From: Octopus vulgaris
Lineage: Eukaryota
Assembly (NCBI GenBank): GCA_951406725.2
Contig: OX597818.1
Location: forward strand, 85,498,001-85,562,000
Direction: 5' to 3'
DNA: 64,000 nt
Shown: piece after piece, positions 14,044-27,075 of the stretch
Position numbering within the stretch: the stretch's first letter is position 1
Layout: each line of letters starts with the position of its first letter
Notes under the pieces: model-generated
Told to the model about the DNA's origin: nothing
Databases searched by the model: none
The model's input: the letters and a program-made list of their open reading frames with translations, nothing else
Position numbers and translations under genes: made by a program

Positions 14044-14458
14044 CATTATTATTATTATTATTAAGGTGGCAAGCTGACAAATTCGTTAGCATGCTGGCTG
14101 AAATGCATTGCGGTATTTCACACATCACTATATTCTGAGTTCAAATTCTGCCGGACTCGACTTTGCTATTCATCCTTTCAGGGTCGATAAAATAAGTACC
14201 AGTTGAACACTGGGGTCAATGTAATTGGCTCATCCCCACCACCCACAAGCTGCCCTTGTGGCAAAAATTTCAAATTATTATTATTATTGCTATTATGAAG
14301 GTGGCTAGCTGACATTCTGGGTTCAAATTCCACTGAGGTCAACTTTGCCTTTAACCCCTTGGGGGTTAATAAATTAAGTACCAGTGGAACACTGGGGTCA
14401 ATGTAATTAACTAGTCCCCTCCCTCAAAATTTCAGGCCTTGTGCTTTTAGTAGAATGG

Positions 14459-14511
<53 letters not shown>

Positions 14512-14546
14512 CATCATTATTATTATTATTATCATTATCATTATTA

Positions 14547-14602
<56 letters not shown>

Positions 14603-14750
14603 TTATTATTATTATTTTTATTATTATTATTATTACCCTCAAACATGCTGGTCTTATGTCCAAATTAGAAAGAATTATTGTTTCTAAAGTGAAAAGTTGG
14701 CAGAATCATCCCCACATCCCCACATCTTGTTGCAAAAATTTGAAATAATT
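13775..14750 (+). mobile_element. Head-to-tail SINE family B array with long (ATT)n spacers
   Basis: Copies at ~13775-13980, 14063-14275 and 14298-14460, separated by (TTA)n runs (13990-14062, 14459-14634). Confidence 0.85.
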
Positions 14751-14765
14751 ATCGTTATTATAATT

Positions 14766-15510
14766 GGGATTTTGGATGCATGGAAGGACTGTGTGGGGCT
14801 AGTACACAGAAGAACAGGATGCAAAAGCCTCGAAAGCCTACTCAGAGACTTCCAATTGTCTGACAGGTATTGACTGGATTTCCTTCATATGCCAGTATGG
14901 ACATGGAGCAACCACAATGGGTCATACAGATCATATCTAGATAGAGTATTTGTTAGGTCTGAGAATAGGGATAGTGTAGGTTGTCCACAATTTAAATTGG
15001 TTGGCTGCACAGACTACAAGTTTATGATCTGTACAGTTGAGTTAGATAGGACCTGTAGACAGAGACCCGGTTACTGTAAGTTAAATGCATCCTTTCCAGC
15101 TCACAAGGACTACAGGGACTGGATTATTGAACTAGTTAAGCGGCAGTTGATGTGGGTAATCATCAACAGCTGGTGGTGGGCTTCCCTGAAGAGCAATTAG
15201 AGCAGAATAGATAGCATTTAGCAAAGAGTTAGCAATAGAAAGGAATAGATTAGAGGGTGAACTAGTTAGCAAATTAGAAGAGGTGATTAATAAGGGCATT
15301 GCAACTGATGGGTTAGCGGCATGATGACCCTTGACCATTTCTTCAAAGCAAAACATGAAGGTTGCATTATTAGAGCTAAGGCCCATGCACTCAAATAGGA
15401 GGGAACTAAACCTGTCCAATGGATCCAAACAGTGAAGATACGATGTGGAAAGAAAACCACAGTCAGATCTTTGACAGACTGGGATGGGCATGTGCTACGT
15501 GACTCAGAGC
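14766..15510 (+). pseudogene. Decayed L1/Tx1-clade LINE ORF2 fragment (C-terminal half of APE endonuclease plus linker)
   Basis: Translation ...LSDRY*LDFLHMPVWTWSNHNGSYRSYLDRVFV...CTDYK...RPGYCKLNAS...WWWASLK matches the APE motifs TW..S.LDR..(S/T)DH and the L1/Tx1 G.WKLN.S motif. Stops and frameshifts are present. Confidence 0.8.
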
Positions 15511-15770
15511 AGGGAAATCTAGGACAGTGGGGTTCCTCAATTATCCCTAGAGGCCTTCCTCTATCAGGAGGGTCACATCACTACCATCCTCCCCACCATT
15601 TTTTTTTTACCTTTGTATACTATGCATATATCCCTCCTTTTTCAATGTTTACTGTGTATACTTACCTTTTTTTATCACTTCATTATATGTAAATCCCCAC
15701 ATTTTATATCTGTTTCTGTATTGTCCCCTTATCCTTCACCCTTGTGGCAAATAAATAAAATCATTATTAT
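15511..15770 (+). mobile_element. Probable 3' UTR of the same Tx1/L1 element
   Basis: Pyrimidine-rich segment ending AATAAATAAAATCATTATTATT. It joins the ORF2 fragment directly, implying the RT region was deleted. Confidence 0.5.
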
Positions 15771-15777
15771 TGTTATT

Positions 15778-16880
15778 AAGGCAGTGAGCTGGCAAAACTG
15801 TTAGTTGACTGGATAAAATGCTTAGTATTATCTATCTCTTCTGATTTTACATTCTGAGTTCACATTCATCTGAGGCCTTTTGTCTTTTGGGGTCAAAAAA
15901 CTGAAGTACCAAATCCCTTCTCCCCAAATTTCAGGCCATGAACCTACAGTTAAAAAAGATTATTATTATTATTATTATCATAATTATAAATATTATTATT
16001 ATTGGTGTTATTATTTGTAAAGATAGCCAGCTGGCAGAATTGTTACAGCACTGGAAAAAGATGCTTAATGGTATTTCTTCCAACTTTTCACTTAGAGTTC
16101 AAATTCCGCTGAGGTCAACTTTGCCTTTCATTCTTTCAGGGTCGATAAATTAATCAATTAATCTCCTCCTGCAAAATTTCAGGCCTTGTGCCTATAGTAG
16201 AAAGGATTATTATTATTATTATTATTTCTTAACATGGCAAGCTGGCATAATTGTTACAGCACTGGAAAAAAATGCTTAATGGTATTTCATCCTTGTTCAT
16301 GTTCTGAGTTCAAATTCCACCAAAGTTGACTTTATCTTCCATCTTTTCGGGATTGATGAAATAAGTACTAGTTGAGCACACTGGGGGTCAGTGTAATTGA
16401 CTCACCCCTCCCCTAAATTTACTGGCCTTGTGTCAAACTTTGAAATCAATATTATTAAGTTAGCAAACCAGCAGAATTGTTTCAGCACCAAAAAAGTACT
16501 TAGCAGTATTTCTTCTGACTTAAAAGTTCTGAGTTTAAATTTTAGCACAAGGCTAGCAATTTCAGGGGAGGGTCTGAGTCCGTTAATATCTCTACAGATA
16601 TTCTATAAATATTATCTGTAGAGGTAACCTTAACAAGTGATGTAAAGTCCACTGCTTACACCATAGAACATGGTATTGACTTATAAAAACATGTAAATGT
16701 ACTTTATAGTTCATTATGGTTGCATAATGAAATACCACATGGCTATAAGTCATTAATAAGTCAATTAAATCAACCCCAGTGCTCAACTGGTACTTTGAGC
16801 TCAGAACATAATGCCGGATTAAATGCCACTTAGCATTTTGTCCGGCATGCTAACAATTCTGCCAGTTCACCCACCTTAAT
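15778..16880. mobile_element. SINE family B cluster: + copies 15778-16540, then a - copy 16537-16880 interrupted at 16581-16762
   Basis: Diagnostic family B motifs in both orientations. Confidence 0.8.
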
Positions 16881-17925
16881 GATAATATTGGTATTGAGAT
16901 CATTTCATTGATCTGCTTCATCTTTCCAATAGGTGTGGCCCTGTGCTTATGTTGAAAAATAATCATTATTATGTAGTTGTTAAACGATGGTAATTGATTG
17001 TGTATAAGCAGTGATGGCAGAGTAGGGGGAGGGAGCAAGTATTGTGAATTTAATTACTTATTAGCTGTGCTATCACCAATGTCCTAATAACAATAATTTA
17101 TGGCAATGAAACAAATCAGATGTCAGGGAGGTCGGCGAGAGAAAAGTCAATGAACAAACAGAGAAAGCAGAAGAAAATCTGGGCAAACTGCCTATGTAAA
17201 CAGAATTTACTCTTGAAGTTCTCCCTTCACACAAGGCACTATGTAATCCCAAGGTAATAGCCAGAGTTCTAGCGTAAGTTAATACGTTGTTACATACAGC
17301 TAACGAGCAATGCAACAACGACAACAGCTGCAGCAACAATAACAGCAACAACAATAACAACAACTGTGACCAATGTCAACATCAATTAGTCCAACTTGCT
17401 GAAAGATTTAAAGAATATAATAGTATAATAGTGCTTTAATAGGAAAAGACCACCCTTTCTTTGCATCCACAGACTAAAATTCTTTATTTATACACAGACA
17501 TACACAAAAGGCTAGATTAAACAATAAATGGTGGTAATGTACGTGAAATCAACAGCTTATTCTCAAACGTTGTAGATCCTTGTTTTAGTTGGGGTTTTTT
17601 TTCTTCTTTTGGTTGGGGTGAAACAGGACATTTGTAATCTTTCAAACTTGTTAATCTTGTACTTTCGTGCTGAATGCACTAATTACTGTTATGTGGTTAT
17701 CATTGTGAGTACCACCTTCCCAGAGCCAGCCCCAATACAACCACCAACGTCACCACTATAACCACTGCCACCAGTACCACGACTATGACCATCACCAGCA
17801 CAACAGCCAACACCAGCCACAACCACCACTAACAAACTTCATCAAATTGTCCTCTGGGTTAGTGGATCCTGTCAAGCCATACAATCCATGCCTGTATAGA
17901 AAAAGGGACTTTAAATGATGATGAT

Positions 17926-18130
17926 GTGTATGTGACCGCGTGTGTACCGTTGGCGATTTTCATTCCTCTGTCTTCCCTTCTCTGGATCTTTCCTTCTCCT
18001 ATGTTTCCGACGAAGAGCTCCGCTCGAAACGTTAAACCCTCCTTCTTTCCTGAGCGTCCAATAATACTATATTTGTTCCACGTTCTCGTGTTGTTGTGTT
18101 TTTTTGTGCTTTCTTGTTTGGATTAACTTT
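17926..18130 (+). mobile_element. CpG-rich ~200-bp interspersed element carrying a hammerhead motif (Penelope pseudo-LTR / retrozyme-like)
   Basis: CpG-rich island in an otherwise CpG-depleted window, bounded by (GAT)n and (TA)n, containing TTTCCGACGAAGAGCTCCGCTCGAAACGTTAAAC. Confidence 0.6.
18003..18037 (+). ncRNA. Minimal type I hammerhead ribozyme-like motif
   Basis: GTTT-CCGACGA-A-GAGC-TCC-GCTC-GAAA-CG-TT-AAAC: stem I GTTT/AAAC, stem II GAGC/GCTC, palindromic AACGTT stem III. The core has U4>C and an extra A after A9. Confidence 0.6.
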
Positions 18131-18350
18131 TTATATATATATATATATAAACAATATACAAATATACGTATATTGATGTGTGTGTCTGTATGTGTATAAT
18201 GTACTTGGGTGAGTGTGCAAATGGAAGAAAGAGAAACTCAACCATTTAGTAGGAGTTACATATAATATCATTTAAAACGGTTTGATTTGAGCCCCATACA
18301 ACTTAGTTTCAAAGGCTTTTTACAGAAACCTAGTTCATCGTACTCAGTTT

Positions 18351-18396
<46 letters not shown>

Positions 18397-18599
18397 GCAT
18401 ATATTTCTGAGTATATATACTTATCTTTTCATATTATGTATGCATGTGTGTATGTTTGTGAATCCTTTTTTTTTGTGTGTGAATTTATAGATTTACTGCA
18501 TGTATGCATGTGTGTGTGTGATGTTCAATTGCATGTATTACAAACTCTCTCTTTTTCTCTCCCTGTATGTGTATGTGCATATATACACACATATATATA

Positions 18600-18635
<36 letters not shown>

Positions 18636-18637
18636 TG

Positions 18638-18677
<40 letters not shown>

Positions 18678-19099
18678 AGTGTGCCTGTATGCATGTGTAT
18701 ATTGTTCATGTGGATATGTATGTGTATGTCTGCATATGTATGCACCCTCAATGCCTCCCTCCCTCTCACCCATTTGTTCCCTTGCATATTATTGACTTTA
18801 ATTACTCTCACTCAGCCCCCACCCCGTCTCTGACACACATTTTAATGTTCATGTATATCTGTGTTCCTCACCCTGCTCCCTACATCTTCAAAACCAGCCC
18901 CCCTCCCCTCCTCTCATAATTTCTATCTGAACTCCTTCTACCCCCTACCCCTACCCTCGCTACTGTTTGTTGGTTTGTTTGTATCAGTTTCCTTCCCCTC
19001 TCTCTCCCCACCTACATCCGCAAATTCTCTGCTACTCCCTTCTCCTCCCCCCACTTCGCTGCTTTCGCAAACTTTGGTTCTCTATGATGTTTATGATGT

Positions 19100-19625
19100 T
19101 TAAACTATCATCATCATCATCACCACCACTACAATCACCATTTCCATCATTACTACTGCTGCAACTACTCCAACAACAACAACAACTACTACTACTACAA
19201 TAATCATAACCACCACCACAACTATTATCGTCATCTACATCATCATCATCATCATCATCACTACCATCATTGTCACTATCTTCGTCACAACTGCCATCAC
19301 CATAACCACTGCCATCATCACCATCACCACCAAGCACTGACATTATACCTGACTCCCTACCCCTGCCTTGCTCCACCTCACTGCACATGCAACAGTCTCC
19401 TCTTTCCCGCTCCCTTCCTTACATCCCCCCTCTCTCTCAAACAGCTTCTGTTAGTTCAGTCTTTCTACTCTCTACTCTTTCTTTATAAGGTGGTTGAGTA
19501 GTAGTAGCAGCAGCAGTAGTAGTTGTAGTAGTAGTAGTAGTAGCAGCAGCAGCAGTAGTTGTAGTACTAGTAGTAGCAGCAGCAGTAGTTGTAGTACTAG
19601 TAGTAGTAGTAGTAGTAGTAGTAGT

Positions 19626-19706
<81 letters not shown>

Positions 19707-20282
19707 TGTGGTGGTGGTAGTAGTAATAGTAGTAGTAGTGGTGGTAATGATGGTGGTGGTAGCAGCAGCAGTGGTAGTAGTAGTAACTGGATGCACTGAT
19801 GGTGTTGTTGTTACAGTTGAGGGTGGTAATGGTTGCTGTTTGTGTTGTAGTTGTACCTTGTAGTATTGCAGATGCTAGTGATGGTGACTGTTGTAGTAGT
19901 AGTAGTGGTGGTGGTGGTGTTAGTAGAAGCACAGTTTCTTATGATGTTGTTGTGGCGGCACTGTGGTGTGGTGTTGAAGTTCTTGTTGTAGTAGCTGCTA
20001 CCACTCTACTGAGAGTGGCTGACGGTGGCATTGGTACTGTTGCCCATGAAAATAATGGTACTACTACTACTACTACTATTACTACTACTGTGGCTTCTGT
20101 TGCTCTTGCTATTTCTACGGCTACAACTACTATTACAACTACTGCTACTACTACAGCTACTACTGCTGCTGCTGCTACTGCTTCTACTATTACTACTGTT
20201 GCTACGGCTTCTGCTACTACTACAGCTGTTACTACTACTATTACTACTACTAATGTAATGCTTTCTGCTGTTGCTACTATAC
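19100..20282. repeat. Mixed trinucleotide repeats: (CAT/CAC/CAA)n, then (TAG/CAG)n at 19497-19790, then (TAC/TGC)n at 20059-20282
   Basis: Directly visible. It produces the poly-S, poly-T and poly-L ORFs. Confidence 0.95.
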
Positions 20283-21238
20283 TATATTTTGAAAGTAGGC
20301 ATGTATGTGAGGGGGTGGGGTGGGGTGTAAATGGGTGGCTATGGGGGGTTGTAGTGCAGGCATCAGAGGAGGTTAGAGCAAGGTGTGGGTGGGGTGTGGG
20401 GGGGGGGGGGTGAGGAAAGGAGTGAGAATGAAAATATTGAAACTAAACAGATTAATAGATAAATGTCAGAAGAAACGAATAATAATGATAATGATAATAA
20501 TAATAACAATAATAATAATAATAATGCCGATGATAGCAGCAGCAGCAGCAGCAACCACAACAACTTAAAAAGATGAAGATGAAACAGAAATATGCACATC
20601 CTGCTACCAAACCCACCTCTCTCTCTCTCTCTCGCTTCTCTCTCTCTCTCTCTTTCTGACTGTCTGTCTCTCTCTTTCTGTCTGTCTCTCTCTCTCTCTC
20701 TCTTACTGTCTCTCTCTCTCTCTCCTTGTATATATTGTTTTTCTTCTTACTTTTTCTCCCTCTCTCTCTTTTTTTCTCTTTCTATCTTTCTTTCCATTCA
20801 CTGCAAACTCTGAGGCATATAAGTTGGCACATTTTGATTTTCAATTAAGATACATAGTTGAGGCATGCTTAAATATAATCGTCGCGAATGTATTGGCACT
20901 TTTTGAAGACTTTTCATCTATCTATATATCATGTATAAGTGTGTATGTGTGTATGTATAATAGAGAGACAGACAGACAGAGCACAAGTGTGTGCATGTAT
21001 ATATGTGCTCATGTTTGTGTGTCTATGTATGCATGTGTGTGTGTGTGTGTGTATGTGTGTGTATTATATAATTATATACACACACACTCAAAAAACACAG
21101 TATTCATAAATCACACGTATATATATATATATATATATATACGCACACACATTCGTGTGTTTTTATGAGCTTATTGGTGGGTAGAGGTCCATATATGCAA
21201 ATATATACTAAAAAATCTTTAAGAATATGTGTTTGCAT

Positions 21239-21277
<39 letters not shown>

Positions 21278-21766
21278 TGTGTGTGTGTTTATATGTATGC
21301 ATGTTGTGGAGTGTGCTTGTACAACTGTTTGAAATTATACATGGATTTATATATATATATACTCACACAAACATATATGTATTATATGCAAATATGTATA
21401 CATACACACATGCATTTACAGAAACTGTGTATATGTGTAAGTATATATATATATATCTGGAGACATACACATGTACATATCTTTTACAGCTTAGTTTTGT
21501 GTGTGTGTGTATATATAAGTAAATGTGTGCATGTATATATGTGTGGGCCTGCAAAATTGTGTATAGTTATGAAGAATAATCAATAGAATCGGGTGTTGTA
21601 AAATGGATATTATATAGTATATATCTAACCTAGTGCATGCATATATGTGTATATATATATACACTTTAGTGTTGATATGTACACTTATATGCCAAAGAAT
21701 GAAATATAGATTTATGTGTGTGTGTAGTTAACTAGATACATAGATAATTGTGTGTGTATGTGTATT

Positions 21767-21802
<36 letters not shown>

Positions 21803-21911
21803 TATTTATATATACACACATATATATATATATACACACACATACATACAAATGCACACAGATAATTAGGTATGCATAGGTGTGTGGAGTGTGTGTGTGT
21901 GTATGTATGTA

Positions 21912-21963
<52 letters not shown>

Positions 21964-22788
21964 TACACACACACATGCATACACAGCTAATCATGGGGTT
22001 GTGTGTGTGTATATAGATATATATTTTATAATAATATATAATTTTATCTATATTATATAATTGTATATAATTATATAGATATAGATGCATATAGATGATT
22101 GTGTGTTGTGACTATACATATTGATATACATACAGGCACATACACATAAATATACATATATATACCCCTAGCATACATACCTAGATATATATAATTTTTT
22201 TTGACTTCACCTAATGATTGCTCCTGCATGTTGCCATTGAGCTTATACCTCCCACATCTCACCCTTCACATGCTCTGTTATAATCAAAATGCTCACCACT
22301 ACACCATTCATTTGCTTCCGCTAAGTCTGCACATGAGCTGAAGGCAGAGACATGTGAAGTGGCAACGGTGGTGGAAGTGGTGCTATTGTAGGTGGTGGTA
22401 GTGGTGATGGTTGTGGTGATAACTGCTGGGTTTTGCTGTGTCTATGAGGCTGGGGCAAGCCAGAATCTGTACTTTAACACTCACAATTATTTTCATGTGT
22501 GTGATTTCTCATTTTCCTTTTATTTTTTTTTCTTCACGTTATCAACATTTGCTCCCACTTGTGAATGCCTACATGCATGTGTGTATGTATATATGTATGT
22601 ATGTGTGTGTATGTATGCATATATATATATATGTGTATGTCTGTGTGTGTGTATATGTATGTTTGTGTATATATATGTATATTTGTGTACATGGTATCAT
22701 TCTATAGATATATGCAAGTTCATTTGTATATGAATATTCATGTTTGTGTGTCGTGTGTGTGTATATATGTATATATATATATATATAC

Positions 22789-23133
22789 AGGCATGGCTGT
22801 GTGGTAAGAAGCTTGCTTCCCAACCACATGGTTCCAAGTGCAGTCCCACTGTCTTCTACTATAGCCGTGCACAAAAGAAGCCCATTGTATATATGTGTAT
22901 ATATATGAGTGTGTGTGTCTTTGTGTATTTGTTTGTCACCCACCACTGCTTGACAGCCGGTGTTGGTGTGTTTACCTCCCCATAACTTAGAGGTTCAGCA
23001 AAAGAGACTGATAGAATAAGTATCAGGCTTAACAAAACAACAAAAGGAATGGAGTTGATTCATTCAACTAAAAAACATTGTTTAAGGCCGTGCTCCAGCT
23101 TGGCTATTGTCTAATCACTGGACCAAGTAAAAG
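22789..23133 (+). mobile_element. SINE family A (internally deleted)
   Basis: GGCATGGCTGTGTGGTAAGAAGCTTGCTTCCC head and ...CAAGTAAAAGA tail. Confidence 0.8.
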
Positions 23134-23509
23134 ATATCTATCTATATATATATATATGTGTGTGTGTGTGGTATTATATATATATATATATATATATATG
23201 TGCACACACAAACACATTCCACCATGACTTTAAGACATCCTCTTCCCAATCACATGGTTTCAGATCCTGTCTAGCCCCTGATGAACCAAAGGCTTGCATT
23301 TGGACTTAGTAAATGGACACTGAAAAGAAGCCTTCATATTTATATAAGGCAGATTATCTACCTTTTTCTATGCAACATTTATTTGCCCATAGCCAGACAT
23401 GTTTTCACTGAAGATTGGAAATGTGTGAAACTGGTTTTATGAGAAAGGCATTTATTTACAGCTGCCTGATCTCAAGGAAAGAGAATGCAGACAGATGCAT
23501 AAATTAACA

Positions 23510-23563
<54 letters not shown>

Positions 23564-23603
23564 TAGATAAACTTAGATATGTTTCGACCAAAGATTGGTC
23601 CAG

Positions 23604-23940
23604 AGGTTTGGCTATGGGGTTAGAAGTTTGCTTCTCAACCACACCTATGTTGCACCTATGGCAAGTGTCTACTATAGCCTTGGGCCAACCAAAGCCTTGC
23701 AAGTGGATTTTGTAGACGGAAACTGAAAGAAGCCCATCATATATATGTGTGTGTGTGTGCGTGTTTCTATGTGTCTGTGTTTTCCCCCCATCATTGCTTG
23801 ACATCCAGTGTTGGTATGTTTACATCCCTGTAACTCAGGCTTACAAAGAATAAGTTCTGGGGTCAATTTCTTCAGCTAAAAACCCTTTGAGGTGGTACTC
23901 CAGTGTGGCCACAGTCAAATGCGTGAAACAAGTTAAAGAA
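23604..23940 (+). mobile_element. SINE family A (degenerate)
   Basis: GGCAAGTGTCTACTATAGCC...GGAAACTGAAAGAAGCCC...GGCCACAGTCAAATG. Confidence 0.75.
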
Positions 23941-23950
23941 AAGGATAGAT

Positions 23951-23983
<33 letters not shown>

Positions 23984-24488
23984 AGCTTTTTCAGTTTCTG
24001 TGTACCAGCTCCTCTAATCTGGCTTTGGTTGAATCTCAAACTACCATGATACATGTATGTGTGTATATATATATAATGTACATACATGTGTATGTATATA
24101 CATTTGTAGATGTGTGCATATATGTATGTATAAATATATGTGGATATATCTGTGTATATATGTGATATAACACTTATATCACTCAACGCACATATGCAAA
24201 TATATAAATATGTACATACATATATATATATAAGGTATATGTACGTTTCTGTTTGTTTTTTATACACACACGCACATACACGCACATTCACATGTATAAA
24301 GTTGTGTGTGTATGTATATATATATATATATATATATGGATAGATGGATGGATATATAGTTCTAGATAAATGCATATGGATGTGTATGCATATGTATATA
24401 CACACAAATAAAAATAATTACAGGCATATGCATTCATCTACATGTGTGTATATATATATGTATATATATATGTGTGTGTGTGTGTGCG

Positions 24489-24523
<35 letters not shown>

Positions 24524-26885
24524 CACTATATTCATGTATATGTACATAGACATACATTTATGTGAGTTATGTGAGTTTGTTGTTTGTTTATACATGCACT
24601 TACAGACATACACATACGTACACATATACAAAGAGAATATCCATCCATACACGTGTATGCACTATTGATTGATATTTTGTTAAGTGAATTGAATTTGGTA
24701 AATCGAGCAGTAGTATAGTCTGACTAAAAAGTCTGCCAGGGTGTATATAGGTTTCTGCTCTACTCTGCATGACTATAGTGATGATAGTGCATGTTACGAT
24801 TATGGTTATGATGAGAGGTGGGTGGTGGTGGTGATCGTTTTGCTGGTGGCAGTGGTGGTCATGGCAGCTCTGGTACTGGTGATGACAGTACTGTGGGTGA
24901 GATGCAGGGAAAATTGTTGCTGGAGTGAGTATTGCTCTTGCAATCTCTGTTAGCAGGGCCACTGTTTCTATTTATACTACTACTACTATTACTACTACTA
25001 CTACTACCACCACCACCACCACAACAACAACAGCAACAACATCTACCACTATGGCTACTACAACTACTATTACCATCTTTACCTATGCTATGGCCACCAC
25101 CTCACCAACTTCTACAAGTGCTGCTTTTGCTGTTACTACTACTATTACTGCTGGTTCTACCACTACTGCTATTATTACTGCTGCTGCCACCCTGTTCTCT
25201 GCTTTTCCACCCTTAACTGTATGCTGGTGGTTTCGAGAGTGAGATCTAATAGCAATTACAAGTGTAAAGAGTTAGAAGCAGTATACATACATCTGTAAAT
25301 GCATATGCATGCTCTCTCTCTCTCCCTCTCTTTTTCTCTCTCTCTCCCTCTCTTTTTTTCTCTCTCTCTCCCTCTCTTTCTCTCTCTCACACACACGCAC
25401 ACCTACATATAGGTTAATTTTCACACACACACTCAAATTTTGGCATATACATTAGCATGTGTATATGTAAGCATGCACACTTGTACATACATACATACAT
25501 ACATGTACACATGTGATACATAAATGCACAAATTGACACATGGCCTCTGAAATGGTTCATTATAGTGTGTGTGTGTGTGTACCCATGTATGAGGTGCAGG
25601 TGTGGTTGTGTGACAAGGAGTTTGGTTTGCTTCCCAACCACATGGTACCACATTCAGTCCCACTGCATAGCACCATAGGCAAATATTTTCTGTGATAGCT
25701 CAGGCCTACCAGAGTCTTGTGAGTGAATACGGTAGATGGAAACTGAAAGAATCCTGTCATATGTGTGTGTGTGTGCATGCGCACACACATGTGTGTTACT
25801 GTCTCCTTGCCTTGACTTCATTCATAAACAAATGTTACCAACATACAAGCAGTGTCCTCATTTCCATTCTTCTCTAATAACATGTCTGGTTGTGGGGAAT
25901 ATTACCTTACTTGAAAATATGTAAGGGTTGGTGACTGGAAGAGCATCCAGCAGGAGAATATCTGCCTCAGCAAATTTCATCCAACTCATGCAAGCATCAT
26001 AAAGTCGATGTTAATCATGAAGCCGATGATCATCATCATCTTTTAACATATGTTTTCCATGCTGGCATGGGTTGGATGGCTTGACAGGAACTGGTACAGC
26101 TACGGGCCACACCAGGTTCCATAGTCTGTTTTTGTTTGGCTTCTACAGATGGATACCTTTCCTAGCATCACTCACTCCACAGAGTGTACTAGGTGCTCTT
26201 TATGTGGCACCAGCGACTACACCAATGCTTTTTACTTGGCACCTTGGGTTTAGAATCTCAATTTTGTTGTAAGCTGGTCTTCTCAAGTTCAGCAGTGTAC
26301 CACACATCTTGGTCCCTTGTCAATGATATATATATAAATCCCTTAATCACTTTATAGTGTGTACTGGGTACTTTTTACAAGCCATCACACCAGTGAGGTC
26401 ACCAAGTGGCTCACAAGACATCTCAGTTGAGGTGAAAAGAGGAGTATTGGGGGAAGTGGTTTTCAGCCAGATTATTTGAGATTAAAGCATGAATGAGAGC
26501 AGAAACAGATGTCTTGGTGTAGAGGAGTTTCATGGCTTCTTAGTGGGAAAAGATTGAGAAGAGAGAGTGAGAGGGCAGAGACAGAGAAGATGGTGGTAAA
26601 ACTGTTTCAAGGTATGCCCTTGATGAGTATAAGCAAAGTGGTACAGAGTGTTGGTGAGTGGGTAGGTAAATAAGATCCTGAGTGAGAAAGGAGAGTGGCA
26701 GATGGATGAAGATTGGGAAAGAGGGGAATGCAATGAAAGATGAACACTGGTGGAGAAGGGTTTTAGAAAGAGGTATTGTGGGTGTTAGGAAGTTAAATTG
26801 TAAGGGTGAGATTCGTGTCTTTTCTATAAGCAGAAGTTAGACCTCAGCCAATTTAAGTCATCTGCTAACTCAGGGTGCCTATATT

Positions 26886-27075
26886 CTGTATTTTCCAGCA
26901 TATAAATTGACATAGTATATTGAGTAAACATGTAGTGTAAACATTCAAACATCACTATATATTTAATTGTTTACTCTATATATCTTCCACTGTTATCTTG
27001 GTATATGAGTTGACCCACCATTTTTGATTGTAAATTTTGGTCTGAAAAATTTGAGTTGTATGCTAGAAAATATAG
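26886..27075. mobile_element. TcMar (Tc2-like) MITE
   Basis: Imperfect TIRs: CTGTATTTTCCAGCATATAA ... TTGTATGCTAGAAAATATAG|TA. Confidence 0.6.
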
